Positions 18,713 through 30,500 are shown, counted from the first letter of the stretch. The stretch is 64,000 bases of DNA from an uncultured Lachnoclostridium sp. (GCA_930986645.1 CAKNJS010000003.1:52635-116634); one strand, 5' to 3'. Made by a program: numbers and translations. Notes: generated from the sequence alone by a model not told the origin.

Positions 18713-19891
18713 TTAATATTCTTCTGTAAGTTCGGATACGTCTTCGACCGCCGGATTACTCTTCCGGCTGATCGTCCTTACATTAATCCCGTTCACCTCG
18801 ATATGATCGTCCACCGGAATCACAAGGCACTGGCGTCCGTCTATAATCCTTGTTTCGATCAGATCCGCACGGTCAGGATTAACCTTGATTACTACATCCG
18901 GCGTCTCGATATTAAATTTCTTTGTCTCTGTGATATTGGATGCCAGAAGCGTTGCCTTTTCTCCCGCATTTTCCTCAAAATTACGGTCAAAATTTTCCAT
19001 CTTTTCTGCATCTACACCACTCTGTTCGAAGACTTTCTTCATCTCCGTCTTATCCAAGGCAAACGGTTCAGGCTCTTCTTTATGTTCTTCGATCAGATCA
19101 TTTAATGTCTCATGGATATTTCGGACAGTCTCGTAATCTCCATCCTCGCCAAGTGTGTCTTCAATGATCATCTGGAACGACTCTTTCTGATCATCAGCAG
19201 ACATCGGCATCTTGGCGCCGAGGAGCTGATCGATCAACTCCGGCTGCAGATCCGATGATTTCTTCGTATAGTAGAGCATACTGTGAAGATCTGTACTTCG
19301 ATCATTGAACGCCGGGAACAGGAAGCCTTTGTCCGGCATGTCCACGATCCAGTCTCTGATCCGGTCCTCGATTCGGTTGTCTTCTGCATTATAGCAGAGT
19401 CCTGCTTTAGACAGAGATACCGGGCAGATACTCATGAGCAGATACTCGTACACCTCGTCCGATGCGTCAAACATCTCCAGATCGTCCGATGTTTTTCCCG
19501 GGATATCATACATCGCATGGATCAGGATAATATAATAATTCTCCGCATACTCATATGCAGCGATCACCTTGTCATAGAATTCCTCCAGAAGCATATCGTC
19601 TTCCAGCTTACTGTTGCGCAATTTCAACAGGAACTCCTGCGTTCCGCCGGGCATCTCTGCGTCAAGGGGGAACTCCATATTCAGCATGTTCTTACCGACA
19701 GTACCCGAAAGTGTTTTCTTAAAGATATCGAAATATTTAAAAGCCTCCTCCTCAGGAAGAGAAAGGAATGCGTCTTTCGACTCCAGCTTTTTATTCTTTT
19801 CGTGATCCACATAACATCCGCATATACGCGTAATCGCACAGTTGGCAGGCGTGAATTGCTTGCGGATCTCAAGTATTTCTTTCTTGTTCAT
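18713..19891 (-). CDS. DUF4317 family protein
   Basis: MNKKEILEIRKQF...ITRICGCYVD...GFLFPAFNDRSTD...VEVNG-type motifs. Confidence 0.85.
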   Translation of the reverse strand: MNKKEILEIRKQFTPANCAITRICGCYVDHEKNKKLESKDAFLSLPEEEAFKYFDIFKKTLSGTVGKNMLNMEFPLDAEMPGGTQEFLLKLRNSKLEDDMLLEEFYDKVIAAYEYAENYYIILIHAMYDIPGKTSDDLEMFDASDEVYEYLLMSICPVSLSKAGLCYNAEDNRIEDRIRDWIVDMPDKGFLFPAFNDRSTDLHSMLYYTKKSSDLQPELIDQLLGAKMPMSADDQKESFQMIIEDTLGEDGDYETVRNIHETLNDLIEEHKEEPEPFALDKTEMKKVFEQSGVDAEKMENFDRNFEENAGEKATLLASNITETKKFNIETPDVVIKVNPDRADLIETRIIDGRQCLVIPVDDHIEVNGINVRTISRKSNPAVEDVSELTEEY

Positions 19892-20069
19892 CGCTATACT
19901 CCTCTCTTAAAATCTTATTTATCATACCGCAGAACACAGATTAAGTCAAAGAGAGAAACGGGAAAGCGATTGAATCTCCTGCTATTCTATGGTAACATAG
20001 CAGCACATCATATTGTCCGAATTATCTGAAACAGGACAGGGCCAATCTCGCATGGTCCTGTCCTTAATC

Positions 20070-20798
20070 TCATTGTCCTGTATGCAGTATCCTGTTTGCG
20101 TTTTCGATTCGTTCTTTTGTGGGCGGCTCGATTCCTTCAAGAGGGTACTCATATCCGAGTTCTTTCCATTTATATTCCCCGAATGTATGGTAAGGCAGCA
20201 CTTCTACTTTCTGCACATTTTTCAATGCACTGATAAAGTCATATAATTTCTCAAGATATTCATCTTTGTCATTTCTCCCCGGAACCAAAACATGCCGGAT
20301 CCATACCGGTTTCCCGATATCAGACAGATAACGCGCCATATCCAGGATATTCTGATTTGTGCGGCCTGTCAGGATCTTGTGCTGCTCTTCGTCAATATGC
20401 TTGATATCGACCAGCAGGAGATCCGTGTACTTCATCAGCTCGTTAAACTTACTGAAAAACGGCTCCTCCCTCGTAAAAGGTGCACCGCTTGTATCGATCG
20501 TCGTGTTGATGTCCTTTTCCTTTGCCTTTCTGAAAAGCTCGATCATAAAATCCATCTGCATAAGAGGCTCGCCGCCGCTTACCGTGATCCCGCCGCCGTC
20601 TTTCCAGTAGGATTTATAGCGCAGCGCCTGAGCAAGCAGCTCATCTGCGCTTCTCTGCTCTCCCACCTGCATATTCCATGTATCCGGATTGTGACAGAAC
20701 TGGCAGCGCATCGGACATCCTGCAGCAAAAATAACAAAACGCACGCCCGGTCCGTCGACTGAGCCGAAACTTTCGGTTGAATGAATAAAACCGTTCAT
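20070..20798 (-). CDS. pflA: Pyruvate formate-lyase activating enzyme
   Basis: ESFGSVDGPG, GCPMRCQFCHNPDTW, SGGEP, LPYH. Confidence 0.95.
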   Translation of the reverse strand: MNGFIHSTESFGSVDGPGVRFVIFAAGCPMRCQFCHNPDTWNMQVGEQRSADELLAQALRYKSYWKDGGGITVSGGEPLMQMDFMIELFRKAKEKDINTTIDTSGAPFTREEPFFSKFNELMKYTDLLLVDIKHIDEEQHKILTGRTNQNILDMARYLSDIGKPVWIRHVLVPGRNDKDEYLEKLYDFISALKNVQKVEVLPYHTFGEYKWKELGYEYPLEGIEPPTKERIENANRILHTGQ

Positions 20799-20807
20799 AT
20801 ATCTCCT

Positions 20808-21042
20808 TTCGGGGACGTAGTAAAATTCGATTTGTCTACGTCCCGAATCAAAAACAGCCCTGTCCCCTTTCTGGCTTTACCGTGTCCCCCTCGTGAAAAT
20901 AACCAAAATCATCGACAAACTACATGATTAAATCATTTGTCTTTTGTATATTTTTTTAGCGGGGACAGGTTGATTCTCAAAAAGGGACAGGGTAAATCCT
21001 AATCGGGGACGTAGTGAAATCTGATTTTACTACGTCCCCGAA
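20808..21042. repeat. ~235-bp nested inverted-repeat (REP/REPIN-like) element
   Basis: Terminal hairpins GGGGACGTAG..CTACGTCCC(C) at both ends, inverted relative to each other; inner CCCTGTCCC/GGGACAGGG and TGTCCCC/GGGGACA arms. Confidence 0.85.
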
Positions 21043-21046
21043 TATA

Positions 21047-23305
21047 TTACATTCTATCGTGGCATGTTCTTGCGATTACGTCAAGCTGCTGCTCTCTAGT
21101 CAGGTCGATAAACTTAACAGCGTATCCTGATACACGGATCGTGAAGTTTGCATACTCTTCTTTCTCCGGATGTTCCATCGCATCGATCAGTTTCTCTGTA
21201 CCGAATACATTTACGTTCAGGTGATGTGCACCCTGATCAAAGTATCCGTCAAGAACGTGTACAAGATTGTTCTTGCGCTCGTCATCGTCATGTCCCAGTG
21301 CACCCGGGCTGATAGTCTGTGTATTGGAAATTCCGTCAAGTGCCTGCTCGTACGGCAGTTTTGCCACAGAGTTGAGGGAAGCAAGAAGTCCGTTCTTCTC
21401 TGCGCCGTAGGACGGGTTTGCTCCCGGTGCCAGCGGCTCGCCTGCTTTTCTTCCGTCCGGAAGAGATCCTGTAGCCTTACCGTAAACCACGTTGGATGTG
21501 ATCGTAAGGATGGATGTTGTCGGCTCGGAATTTCTGTATGTGTGGCACTTCTTCAGCTTGCTCATAAATGTGCGGAGCAGCCATACAGCGATCTCATCTG
21601 CACGGTCGTCATCATTTCCGTATCTCGGGAAGTCACCTTCAATCTCAAAGTCTGTAGCAACACCGTCGTCATCACGGACCACTTTAACTTTCGCGTACTT
21701 GATCGCACTCAGGGAGTCAACTACATGTGAGAATCCTGCGATACCTGTTGCAAATGTACGTCTTACATTTGTATCAATGAGCGCCATCTCAGCAGCCTCA
21801 TAGTAGTACTTGTCATGCATGTAGTGGATCATGTTCAGTGTATCAACATACAGCTTGGACAGCCACTCCATCATCTGGTCATATTTCTCCATAACCTCAT
21901 CATAGTCAAGATACTCGGATGTAATCGGTCTGTAGAGCGGAGATACCTGCTGTTTTGTCTTCTCATCAACACCGCCGTTGATCGCGTACAGAAGGCATTT
22001 TGCAAGGTTCGCACGTGCTCCGAAGAACTGGATCTCCTTACCTGTCTCTGTTGCGGATACGCAGCAACAGATAGAATAGTCATCGCCCCATACCGGACGC
22101 ATTACATCGTCGTTCTCGTACTGGATGGAACTTGTCTTAACAGAAATATAAGCCGCATATTTCTTGAAGTTCTCCGGCAGGTGTGAGGAGTACAGAACTG
22201 TCAGGTTCGGCTCCGGTGACGGTCCCATGTTCTCCAGTGTGTGGAGGAAACGGTAGTCGTTCTTTGTTACCATGTGACGTCCGTCCATTCCGATTCCTGC
22301 CATCTCCAGTGTAGCCCATACCGGGTCTCCGGAGAACAGTTCGTTGTAAGACGGGATTCTCGCAAACTTCACCATTCTGAACTTCATTACCATGTGGTCA
22401 ATGAGCTCCTGAGCCTGCTCCTCTGTCAGGATGCCTTTCTCCAGATCTCTCTGGATATAAATGTCAAGGAATGTAGAAATACGTCCTACACTCATTGCAG
22501 CTCCGTTCTGTGTCTTGATCGCCGCAAGATATCCGAAGTACAGCCACTGGACGGCCTCTTTCGCGTTTGTCGCCGGCTTGGAAATATCATATCCATAGGA
22601 CTCTGCCATTTCCTTCATTCCATTAAGTGCACGGATCTGATCAGCAATCTCTTCGCGGAGACGGAAATCCGTTCCCTTCATTCCATGTCTTTCATACTCA
22701 ACAAAGTCAGACTGTTTTTTCTCGATCAGGTAATCGATACCGTAGAGAGCCACACGGCGGTAGTCGCCTACGATACGTCCTCTTCCGTATGTATCCGGAA
22801 GTCCTGTGATGATCTTATTGTGACGCGCTTTTTTCATTTCAGGTGTATAGATATCAAATACAGCCTGATTGTGAGTTTTATGATATTTTGTAAAGATTTC
22901 ATGCAGTTTTTCACTCGGAGTATATCCGTAAGTTGTGCACGCCTGCTCTGCCATCTTGATTCCGCCGTACGGCATGAATGCTCTCTTAAGCGGTTTATCT
23001 GTCTGAAGTCCTACAACCTGCTCCAGATCCTTCATATCTTCATTGATATATCCCGGGCCATAAGCTGTCAGGCCTGAAACTACTTCAGTCTCCATATCAA
23101 GGACGCCGCCTTTTGCACGCTCCTCTTTCTGAAGTTTGGAAAGCTCTCCCCAAAGTTTATTTGTCGCCTCTGTGGGACCTGCAAGGAAAGACTCATCTCC
23201 GTCATACTGAGTATAGTTGTGCTGAATAAAATCACGCACATTGACTTCCTCTTTCCAGAGATGTCCGCCAAAACCTTCCCACTGGTCAAAATTTGCTTTT
23301 GCCAT
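21047..23305 (-). CDS. pflB: Pyruvate formate-lyase (formate C-acetyltransferase)
   Basis: [32 protein letters not shown] glycyl-radical motif; start re-called at MAKAN after GGAGG. Confidence 0.96.
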   Translation of the reverse strand: MAKANFDQWEGFGGHLWKEEVNVRDFIQHNYTQYDGDESFLAGPTEATNKLWGELSKLQKEERAKGGVLDMETEVVSGLTAYGPGYINEDMKDLEQVVGLQTDKPLKRAFMPYGGIKMAEQACTTYGYTPSEKLHEIFTKYHKTHNQAVFDIYTPEMKKARHNKIITGLPDTYGRGRIVGDYRRVALYGIDYLIEKKQSDFVEYERHGMKGTDFRLREEIADQIRALNGMKEMAESYGYDISKPATNAKEAVQWLYFGYLAAIKTQNGAAMSVGRISTFLDIYIQRDLEKGILTEEQAQELIDHMVMKFRMVKFARIPSYNELFSGDPVWATLEMAGIGMDGRHMVTKNDYRFLHTLENMGPSPEPNLTVLYSSHLPENFKKYAAYISVKTSSIQYENDDVMRPVWGDDYSICCCVSATETGKEIQFFGARANLAKCLLYAINGGVDEKTKQQVSPLYRPITSEYLDYDEVMEKYDQMMEWLSKLYVDTLNMIHYMHDKYYYEAAEMALIDTNVRRTFATGIAGFSHVVDSLSAIKYAKVKVVRDDDGVATDFEIEGDFPRYGNDDDRADEIAVWLLRTFMSKLKKCHTYRNSEPTTSILTITSNVVYGKATGSLPDGRKAGEPLAPGANPSYGAEKNGLLASLNSVAKLPYEQALDGISNTQTISPGALGHDDDERKNNLVHVLDGYFDQGAHHLNVNVFGTEKLIDAMEHPEKEEYANFTIRVSGYAVKFIDLTREQQLDVIARTCHDRM

Positions 23306-23497
23306 TTTCTGAAAACCTCCTCTGAAACCTTTAAATCTCTTATTGACATGCGCTAGTATATCATCACAGATGTAAAAATGCAAGCTTTATTATGATAATA
23401 GTTATCGTTTTTGCCTGTGTATTTAATTTTATACAAAAATTGGAACAGTTCCCAACATATTGTATATATATTGTTCCCATGTACTCTTATTAGTGGA

Positions 23498-23526
23498 TTG
23501 ATACTATTTTCACATTCTGTTATAAT
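23498..23526 (+). promoter_or_regulatory. Sigma-A promoter of GNAT-like gene
   Basis: TTGATA-17bp-TATAAT with extended TG. Confidence 0.6.
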
Positions 23527-23624
23527 ACTTCGAAAGAGCAGATACCGGCAGTTTTCCAGATACATCTGCCGTACTTTCTGCATAGACGTAAATTTAGATC
23601 AATCGGAAAGGCAGTAAAATTAAT

Positions 23625-24110
23625 ATGAAAATCCGAAATACTCGTCCAGATGAGCTGGAGTTACTCATAAAAATGTATGAAAATGCCCGTCTTTTTATGG
23701 CTGGCCACGGCAATCCCTCCCAATGGGGACAGACCTATCCTAAAAGGACTCTGATTGCAGCCGATATAGAAGCAGGATGTTCCTATGTCTGCGAAGAGCA
23801 TGGGCAGATTACTGCTGCATTTTATTATAAGGAAGGGCCCGATGATACTTATCGACGGATCTACAGCGGTGAATGGCTGAACGAACGCCCATACGGCGTC
23901 GTACACCGTATTACTTCAAACGGTACTGTAAAAGGCGCCGCTTCATTCTGCCTGAACTGGGCATTTGAACAGTGCCGCAACTTAAAGATCGATACTCACA
24001 GGGATAACCGGATCATGCAGCATCTTCTCGATAAAAACGGCTTTACATACTGCGGGATTATCTATACAGAAGATGGCAGCGAACGTATGGCATATCAAAA
24101 GGCGGAGTAA
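23625..24110 (+). CDS. GNAT family N-acetyltransferase
   Basis: GNPSQW, VVHRI, IDTHRDNRIMQHLLDKNGF. Confidence 0.82.
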   Translation: MKIRNTRPDELELLIKMYENARLFMAGHGNPSQWGQTYPKRTLIAADIEAGCSYVCEEHGQITAAFYYKEGPDDTYRRIYSGEWLNERPYGVVHRITSNGTVKGAASFCLNWAFEQCRNLKIDTHRDNRIMQHLLDKNGFTYCGIIYTEDGSERMAYQKAE

Positions 24111-24264
24111 AATTTTCCCCGCCTTTTTCTTCTGATGGATCATTATCTAATCTTAATTAAGGATCACGACCGGTGTCTGATTCAAAGTCTTCAGTTTCTC
24201 TTTCCAGCGCTTTCCAAATGATTTTCTACTCCTGATCCGGTACGAAAAATCGGAATTTATCCTC

Positions 24265-24293
24265 TTGAGAAACCTCGCCGCCTATTTTATAAT
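24265..24293 (+). promoter_or_regulatory. Sigma-A promoter of nfo
   Basis: TTGAGA-17bp-TATAAT. Confidence 0.6.
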
Positions 24294-24326
24294 GAATCAT
24301 ATTTTAATAAGAGAAGGAGATTAGAT

Positions 24327-25238
24327 ATGATATTAGGTTCACACGTCGGCATGAGCGGCAAAGAGATGCTCCTTGGTTCTGCTAAGGAGGCCGTATCTTA
24401 CGGAGCCGACACTTTTATGTTCTATACTGGAGCCCCGCAGAATACAAGACGAAAAGATATCAGCGAGCTGAATATCGAACCGGCATGGGAGTATATGCAA
24501 GAGCACGGGATCAGTGAAATTATCGTCCACGCGCCATATATTATTAATCTGGGAAACTCTGTAAAACCGGAGACTTTCTCTCTTGCTGTAGAGTTTCTTG
24601 CCAAAGAGCTGGAACGGACAATCAGCTGTAAAAGCCGTACTCTTATTCTCCATCCCGGCGCGCACGTGGGTGCAGGAGTCGATGCCGGCACCGCCCAGAT
24701 TATTAAAGGGCTCAACGAAGTGCTCACCTCGGATACCGCTTGCTGCATAGCACTTGAAACAATGGCCGGCAAAGGCTCTGAAATCGGCCGTACCTTCGAG
24801 GAACTTGCCCGAATTTATGACGGCGTAACACATAATGATAAGCTGCGGGTATGTTTTGACACCTGTCATACAAGTGACAGCGGCTACGATATTATTCATC
24901 ATTTTGACGATGTTATAGATAAATTTGACCACATTATTGGCAAAGAACAAATCGCTGTATTTCATATTAACGACAGCAAAAATGTCCCCGGAGCAGCAAA
25001 GGACAGACATGAAAATATCGGCTTTGGCCATATTGGTTTTGAAGCACTGAATTATATCGTCAGTCATCCTGACTTTGAAAACATTCCTAAAATACTTGAA
25101 ACACCTTATATTCCGTCTCCAACAGCTCCAAAAAAATCTTATGCTCCCTATAAATATGAGATCAAAATGCTGCGAAACGGGAAGTTTGAACCGGATATGA
25201 AAGAACAGATCATTAAAGAACATGAAAGCTCTCTTTAA
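24327..25238 (+). CDS. nfo: Endonuclease IV
   Basis: [50 protein letters not shown]. Confidence 0.95.
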   Translation: MILGSHVGMSGKEMLLGSAKEAVSYGADTFMFYTGAPQNTRRKDISELNIEPAWEYMQEHGISEIIVHAPYIINLGNSVKPETFSLAVEFLAKELERTISCKSRTLILHPGAHVGAGVDAGTAQIIKGLNEVLTSDTACCIALETMAGKGSEIGRTFEELARIYDGVTHNDKLRVCFDTCHTSDSGYDIIHHFDDVIDKFDHIIGKEQIAVFHINDSKNVPGAAKDRHENIGFGHIGFEALNYIVSHPDFENIPKILETPYIPSPTAPKKSYAPYKYEIKMLRNGKFEPDMKEQIIKEHESSL

Positions 25239-25255
25239 CATTTCTCAAAACATTC

Positions 25256-25304
25256 TTGACAATCCCATTCGAAGAGTATATTATTGTATTATATCAATAA
25301 TACA
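25256..25304 (+). promoter_or_regulatory. Promoter and YtrA-type GntR operator
   Basis: TTGACA-17bp-TATTAT followed by TGTATTA-tatcaa-TAATACA palindrome. Confidence 0.7.
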
Positions 25305-25384
25305 GTTGCAGGAACGGGGATATCCCCGTTCCTGCATGGAACTGTCCGAGGCAGTTCCGCCAAAAAAGAATACGAGGTGATTTA

Positions 25385-25771
25385 ATGCCATGGAATCTGG
25401 ATAACGATCGTCCCATCTATCTTCAATTGATGGAACGAATTCAACACGACATCATTTCCGGTGTATATCAGCCGGGGGATAAACTTCCCTCTGTACGCGA
25501 TCTTGCTGTCGAAGCCGCCGTCAACCCGAATACAATGCAGAAAGCACTGTCCGAACTGGAACGCTGCGGACTCGTATACTCCCAGCGCACAAGCGGCCGT
25601 TTTATAACTGACGACACATCGCTGATCGCAGAGATGAGGAACGATCTGGCTCAGGAACACATCCGGGACTTTTTCAGACAGATGCGAAAACTTGGGTTCT
25701 CTGATGAAGATACACTGGAAATAATCAGGGATACTATTAAAAAGGGAGGTTATAATGAGACCGATTCTTGA
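25385..25771 (+). CDS. GntR family regulator (YtrA subfamily)
   Basis: PIYLQL, PGDKLPSVRDLA, VNPNTMQKA, short C-terminus; precedes ABC genes. Confidence 0.9.
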   Translation: MPWNLDNDRPIYLQLMERIQHDIISGVYQPGDKLPSVRDLAVEAAVNPNTMQKALSELERCGLVYSQRTSGRFITDDTSLIAEMRNDLAQEHIRDFFRQMRKLGFSDEDTLEIIRDTIKKGGYNETDS

Positions 25772-26453
25772 ATGCAACAGACTGACTAAAAAATACGGCA
25801 GCTTTTTTGCCCTTACCGAACTGAATCTTTCACTGGAACGCGGACAGATTGCAGGACTCCTCGGACCGAACGGAAGCGGCAAGACTACATTGATCAAACT
25901 TCTAAACGGTCTTCTCGTTCCTACTGACGGACACATAATGATCAATGGTCTGGCTCCGGGCACTGCAACAAAGAAAATTGTTTCTTATCTTCCAGATTGC
26001 AGTTATTTCAGCGACCACATGAAAGTAAAGGATATCATTGCTTATTACTCTGACTTTTACAAAAATTTCAGCACAGAACGCGCTTCCAAAATGCTGGATA
26101 CTCTGGAAATAGACCGGAATATGCGGTTCAGCGCTCTCTCGAAAGGCACGAAAGAAAAGGTTCAGCTCGTACTTGTTATGAGCCGTGACGCAGATCTGTA
26201 TATACTTGACGAACCAATCGGCGGAGTGGATCCGGCCGCCAGAGATTATATCCTGCGTACAATACTTGCAAACTATAACGAGAATGCCACTGTCCTGATT
26301 TCAACACACCTGATTTCTGACATAGAAAATGTACTGGACCGGGTGATCTTTCTGCAGAATGGACGTCTGGCTCTTAATGAAACTGTGGATGAAATACGAA
26401 CCAAATACGGCAAATCTGTAGATGCTTTATTCCGGGAGGTATTTAAATGTTAG
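25755..26453 (+). CDS. ABC transporter ATP-binding protein
   Basis: GPNGSGKT, LSKG, ILDEP, STH. Confidence 0.9.
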   Translation: MRPILECNRLTKKYGSFFALTELNLSLERGQIAGLLGPNGSGKTTLIKLLNGLLVPTDGHIMINGLAPGTATKKIVSYLPDCSYFSDHMKVKDIIAYYSDFYKNFSTERASKMLDTLEIDRNMRFSALSKGTKEKVQLVLVMSRDADLYILDEPIGGVDPAARDYILRTILANYNENATVLISTHLISDIENVLDRVIFLQNGRLALNETVDEIRTKYGKSVDALFREVFKC

Positions 26454-27247
26454 GTAAACTTGTAAAATATGATTTAAAAGCTGCTGCAAAAATATTTATA
26501 CTGATACATGCAGTCTATATGCTCATATGCTTTGCGGCACGTTTTCTGTATATGGACAGACTGGATTTTTCAGAACCCTCAGAGCCTCTGATTTTTTCAC
26601 TCATTCTTTTTATCTCTCTGATAACACTCCTTGTTTCTGCCCTTTCGATCATTACGTGCCTGCAGGTTGCTTTTCGTTTCTACCGAAACCTTTTCAGCAA
26701 AGAAGGCTATCTTTCATGGACACTTCCTGTATCAGGACCGCAGCATTTATGGGCGAAGATTATCTCAGGATATATACTAATGGCTGCAGACTGCATTATT
26801 ATTGCAGCCGGCATACTATTTCTCGTAACAGGCCGCAATGTAACCGCAGCATACAATACGGTTGCGGACGAATTAACTGCAGAGCTTGGCTGCTCACTCA
26901 GTACACTTTCTCTGATTTTGCTTGCTGTATGTCTCATAAGCTGTATCAGCTCTGTGATCATGATCTACTTTTCTGTTGTGGTCGGTCAGCTGTTCCCAAG
27001 TCACAGAGTGCTCGGTGCAGTTGCAGCCTACTTCATAACAAATTTTATCATACAGATTATTTCCGTAATCTTTATGCTTGTGCTGGGATTTTTACCCGGA
27101 TACAATACCGCTATGCTTGACGGCAAAGCAATGATGGAGCATATGTTCCGGCTTCTTGCACTATCATTCTTACTTATGCTGGTCATTACTATCGCTCAGT
27201 ACATTGCATCTCATTACATCATGAAAAAGAAAATAAATCTTCTGTAA
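26447..27247 (+). CDS. ABC-2 type permease
   Basis: MLGKLVKYDL, GYLSWTLPV...AK, ~6 TM segments. Confidence 0.82.
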   Translation: MLGKLVKYDLKAAAKIFILIHAVYMLICFAARFLYMDRLDFSEPSEPLIFSLILFISLITLLVSALSIITCLQVAFRFYRNLFSKEGYLSWTLPVSGPQHLWAKIISGYILMAADCIIIAAGILFLVTGRNVTAAYNTVADELTAELGCSLSTLSLILLAVCLISCISSVIMIYFSVVVGQLFPSHRVLGAVAAYFITNFIIQIISVIFMLVLGFLPGYNTAMLDGKAMMEHMFRLLALSFLLMLVITIAQYIASHYIMKKKINLL

Positions 27248-27289
27248 AGCACCGAAAGTACAAAAAGGCACACTCCGGGTATGAAAAAA

Positions 27290-27332
27290 GCCTCTGTAAA
27301 ACAGACAGCACAATCAACTGTTTTACAGAGGC
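27290..27332. terminator. Bidirectional terminator between ABC operon and tRNA
   Basis: GCCTCTGTAAAACAG...CTGTTTTACAGAGGC flanked by A- and T-tracts. Confidence 0.75.
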
Positions 27333-27346
27333 TCTTTTCTTCTGTC

Positions 27347-27418
27347 AGCGTCTGAGCGGAGTCGAACCGCCGCACATGCCTCCGGAGGGCATTGCTCTAT
27401 CCACTGAGCTACAGACGC
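27347..27418 (-). tRNA. tRNA-Arg(CCG), CCA not encoded
   Basis: GCGTCTG TA GCTC AGTGGATA GAGC A ATGCC CT-CCG-GA GGCAT GTGC GGCGG TTCGACT CCGCT CAGACGC T folds into a full cloverleaf. Confidence 0.95.
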
Positions 27419-27585
27419 ATTCCGGCTATGAAAGGGAACGGTATCGTTCCCCTTTACAACCTTAATTATCCTAGCATAATTTATGCAAAATGTAAAGCAC
27501 TTTATCTTGTGAATTTTCCTTCACACCACCTCAAATCCTCTCTGCCGCGAAGCAGTCATTCATCTATGTCTATCCCGCCGGTTCA

Positions 27586-30500
27586 TTATTTCCTTCTATA
27601 TTTCTTCCACATCCATGCTGCCAAAAGCATCGCAGTACTTCCTGCCCCGACCGCCGCAGCGGCAAACGGCAGCGGTTCTGACTTATCACCTGTCTGCGGT
27701 GCTTCTTCTGTACCTGTATTATCCTCTTTGCTTTCCCCGGACTGCTGTTCCACATCTTTTACATACAGCTGCTGCATCAGGTCATCCAGAGCTGCGTGCC
27801 GTCCGATCTCAATTTCATCCTGATAAAGATACTCAAACACTACAATTGTACGCCCTGCAAATGCAGCTGCGTCAAAGGCGAATTCCATCTCAACATCCAT
27901 TTTTGTCCCGGATGCCGTAAACTTCTTTTCCACCAGCAATATGTCTCCATCTGCAGCATCATTTTCCCGCAGGGGCTTTCCAGTCTGCTTATCCATCAGT
28001 ATTCCTCTGAGCAGATATTCTGTGCCGTCCCGTAGCTTTTCCATACTTACCGTATCAATTACTCTGCTCTCTTCCGGCATCAATTCCTGTTCCCCGGTAT
28101 CTGCATTTACTGCTTTCGTCTGTGTAATTCTGGTACGGTCATTTTCAACCGTCATAATCCCCGTCTCTTTACCATCGATCTTTCCGTCTTCATCTACTGT
28201 AAAGTGATAGATCGTATCATCCAGAAGATATCCTGTCACAGCCGCTGTTTCCCGGATAGAATAGGTCCCGGGCTCAAGTTTTTCAACGGTCACTGTACCA
28301 TCTTCACCCGTTTTCAGAATCATTTTTTCTTCTGATTCTCCCCACAGCTCAAACTCTGCACCAGACAGATAATTTTCTGTTCCGGTTTCCTTCTTTGCAA
28401 GAACAAATTTCGTCGGAACATTCTCCACATCGATCCTTTCCGTAACAACAGCAGTTACCTGATCCTTCCACCGTATCTCCGCCTCTATCTTTCTGTCGGA
28501 GCGTACATACCCTGACGGCTGTTTTGTTTCCGTCAAAGTATATCTGCCCGGAAAGAGCTCCTTAGATATGCCGGTGCCTTTTTCATCTGTAATAATGGTA
28601 TCCACAGTCTCCCCTTTTACAGCGCGTACTGTGCCGTCCGGAGTAACAATATCCTCTGCTGCTTCAATATCAAATTCTGCACCTTCCAGCAGCGATCCCG
28701 ATCCGGCATCTTTCTTCGTCACATGTATTCTGCCTTTGACCGGAACATCCGGGAACAGAATTTCAAGCGGAGAATCCCATTCGTGGCTCTCTTCTATTGT
28801 AAACCGGACATCTTTGTCACAGATCAGATATCCGTCAGGAGCTTGAAGCTCTCTGAAATAATAGTCGCCGGCAGCCAGCTTCTCAGGCAGGAGAAACATC
28901 CCTTTTTCATTTGTCTCAAATATTTCGTAAACCTTTTTTTCGGGATAATAAGTTGTCATTGTGACCGGTTGTTTTTCTGAATCCAACAACCGGAATTTCA
29001 CTCCTGCCGCCGGGATTGTTTTACCGGTTGTACTGTCCGTTTTTACAAGCTGTACCGGTGATACAACTGCCGCATCTTCCAGAATATAATATAGAGTTTT
29101 CCCCTCCTCTGAAATCGTGATTTCAAAATCCTTCACCGGCACAAGTCCATCCGACGTATTTTTTTCATGCACGGTATAAGTATCATATATCAGTCCGCCT
29201 CGGCTTTCTCCCAGCTGGGCAGTAGAGGCATATCCGTTCTCATCTGTTGTAATTTCCACTGTCTCGCCGGTTGTTTTCGATATAATCTCAAAACATATTC
29301 CACCAAGCGCAGTTTTCTGGTCCTGTTCTTCCTCAGGATTTCTGGAAAACTTAACAATCTGGAGATCACCGCGTATAATTTCTTCTGGAACCTCAGGACC
29401 ATTATAGGTCTTCACCATCTCCGAGTTCCCCGATGCCGTAATCTTCTCCACAAACACCTTTTCATTGACAAGATATCCGGCAGGTGCTTTTGTTTCCTGA
29501 ATTGTAACCGTACCGAGCGGCAGCACATTTTTTCCCTCCGAATTCCTGTAAAATGCATCCCCCGAGATCTTCTGTGCATCCTGAAATACAATCCGGCCGG
29601 ATTCATCTGTCTTCATGACCCACGTGCGAGCTGCCTGAATCCCCTTGAGCGCAGGATCCTGATCATAATACCCCGCATAATATCTGATCGTAAACTCTGC
29701 ATCTGCAAAAGACGCATTTCCTTCCGGGGATTTTTCTCCTGATTCCGCATCCGTTTTTTCCAGAAGAATATTTACCGGTGCGCTCTGCGGAACATCTTTA
29801 GCATTTACAACAGCTGTATTGCCTGCACTGACATCTGCTGTATATATAGTTCCATCCAGCGCATATCCTTTCGGAGCGGTTATCTCCTTGACAAAATATC
29901 TGCCCGCAGCCAATTCCACTGTATCTGAAGTCCCGTCCTCCTTCACTGTCAGGACAGCGGCCTGACTTGCGCACCCGGCATCCGAATAGACGCCATATTT
30001 TGCACCGATCAGGCTGTAACAGATGTTCCCGTCCGTTACGCTTCCATTGGCCGATGTTTTTTTCAACAACAGTTTTCCCTTATACTCCCTTTGGATAGAA
30101 AACATTCCCGAAAGCGCCTGATAGCCGATCAGATACCCATCACTGTCAACTGCTCCTGAAGCAGGCTGTATCTGGGATACAAAGTAGATACTTCCGGTTA
30201 CTCTGCCTGAAGATTTATCCACGGATGTAATCGTGTATGTATAATTATATTTCATTCCTGCAACAGGCGCTGCAGCGGACCGCTGGGCACAATCAGCCTC
30301 AATGTCCCCCTCTCCTGCCAGTATTCCCGTTGTTCCCGTAAGCGTAACTCCATGAACAGTATGACCATTCCCCCCTATCACTGATTTTACTGTACAGGTC
30401 CCTGTAAACTTATCCCCCTGTTCCGGGAAAGTTTCATTGGATGATGCGGCCACTCTCATAACCTTGTTTCTCACGTCCAGACTGCTTCCGAATCTGATAT

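Noticed and set aside
24339-25241. 300-aa ORF antisense to nfo
   Set aside because: Mirror frame of nfo with no motifs or RBS; 25382-25963 is rejected for the same reason
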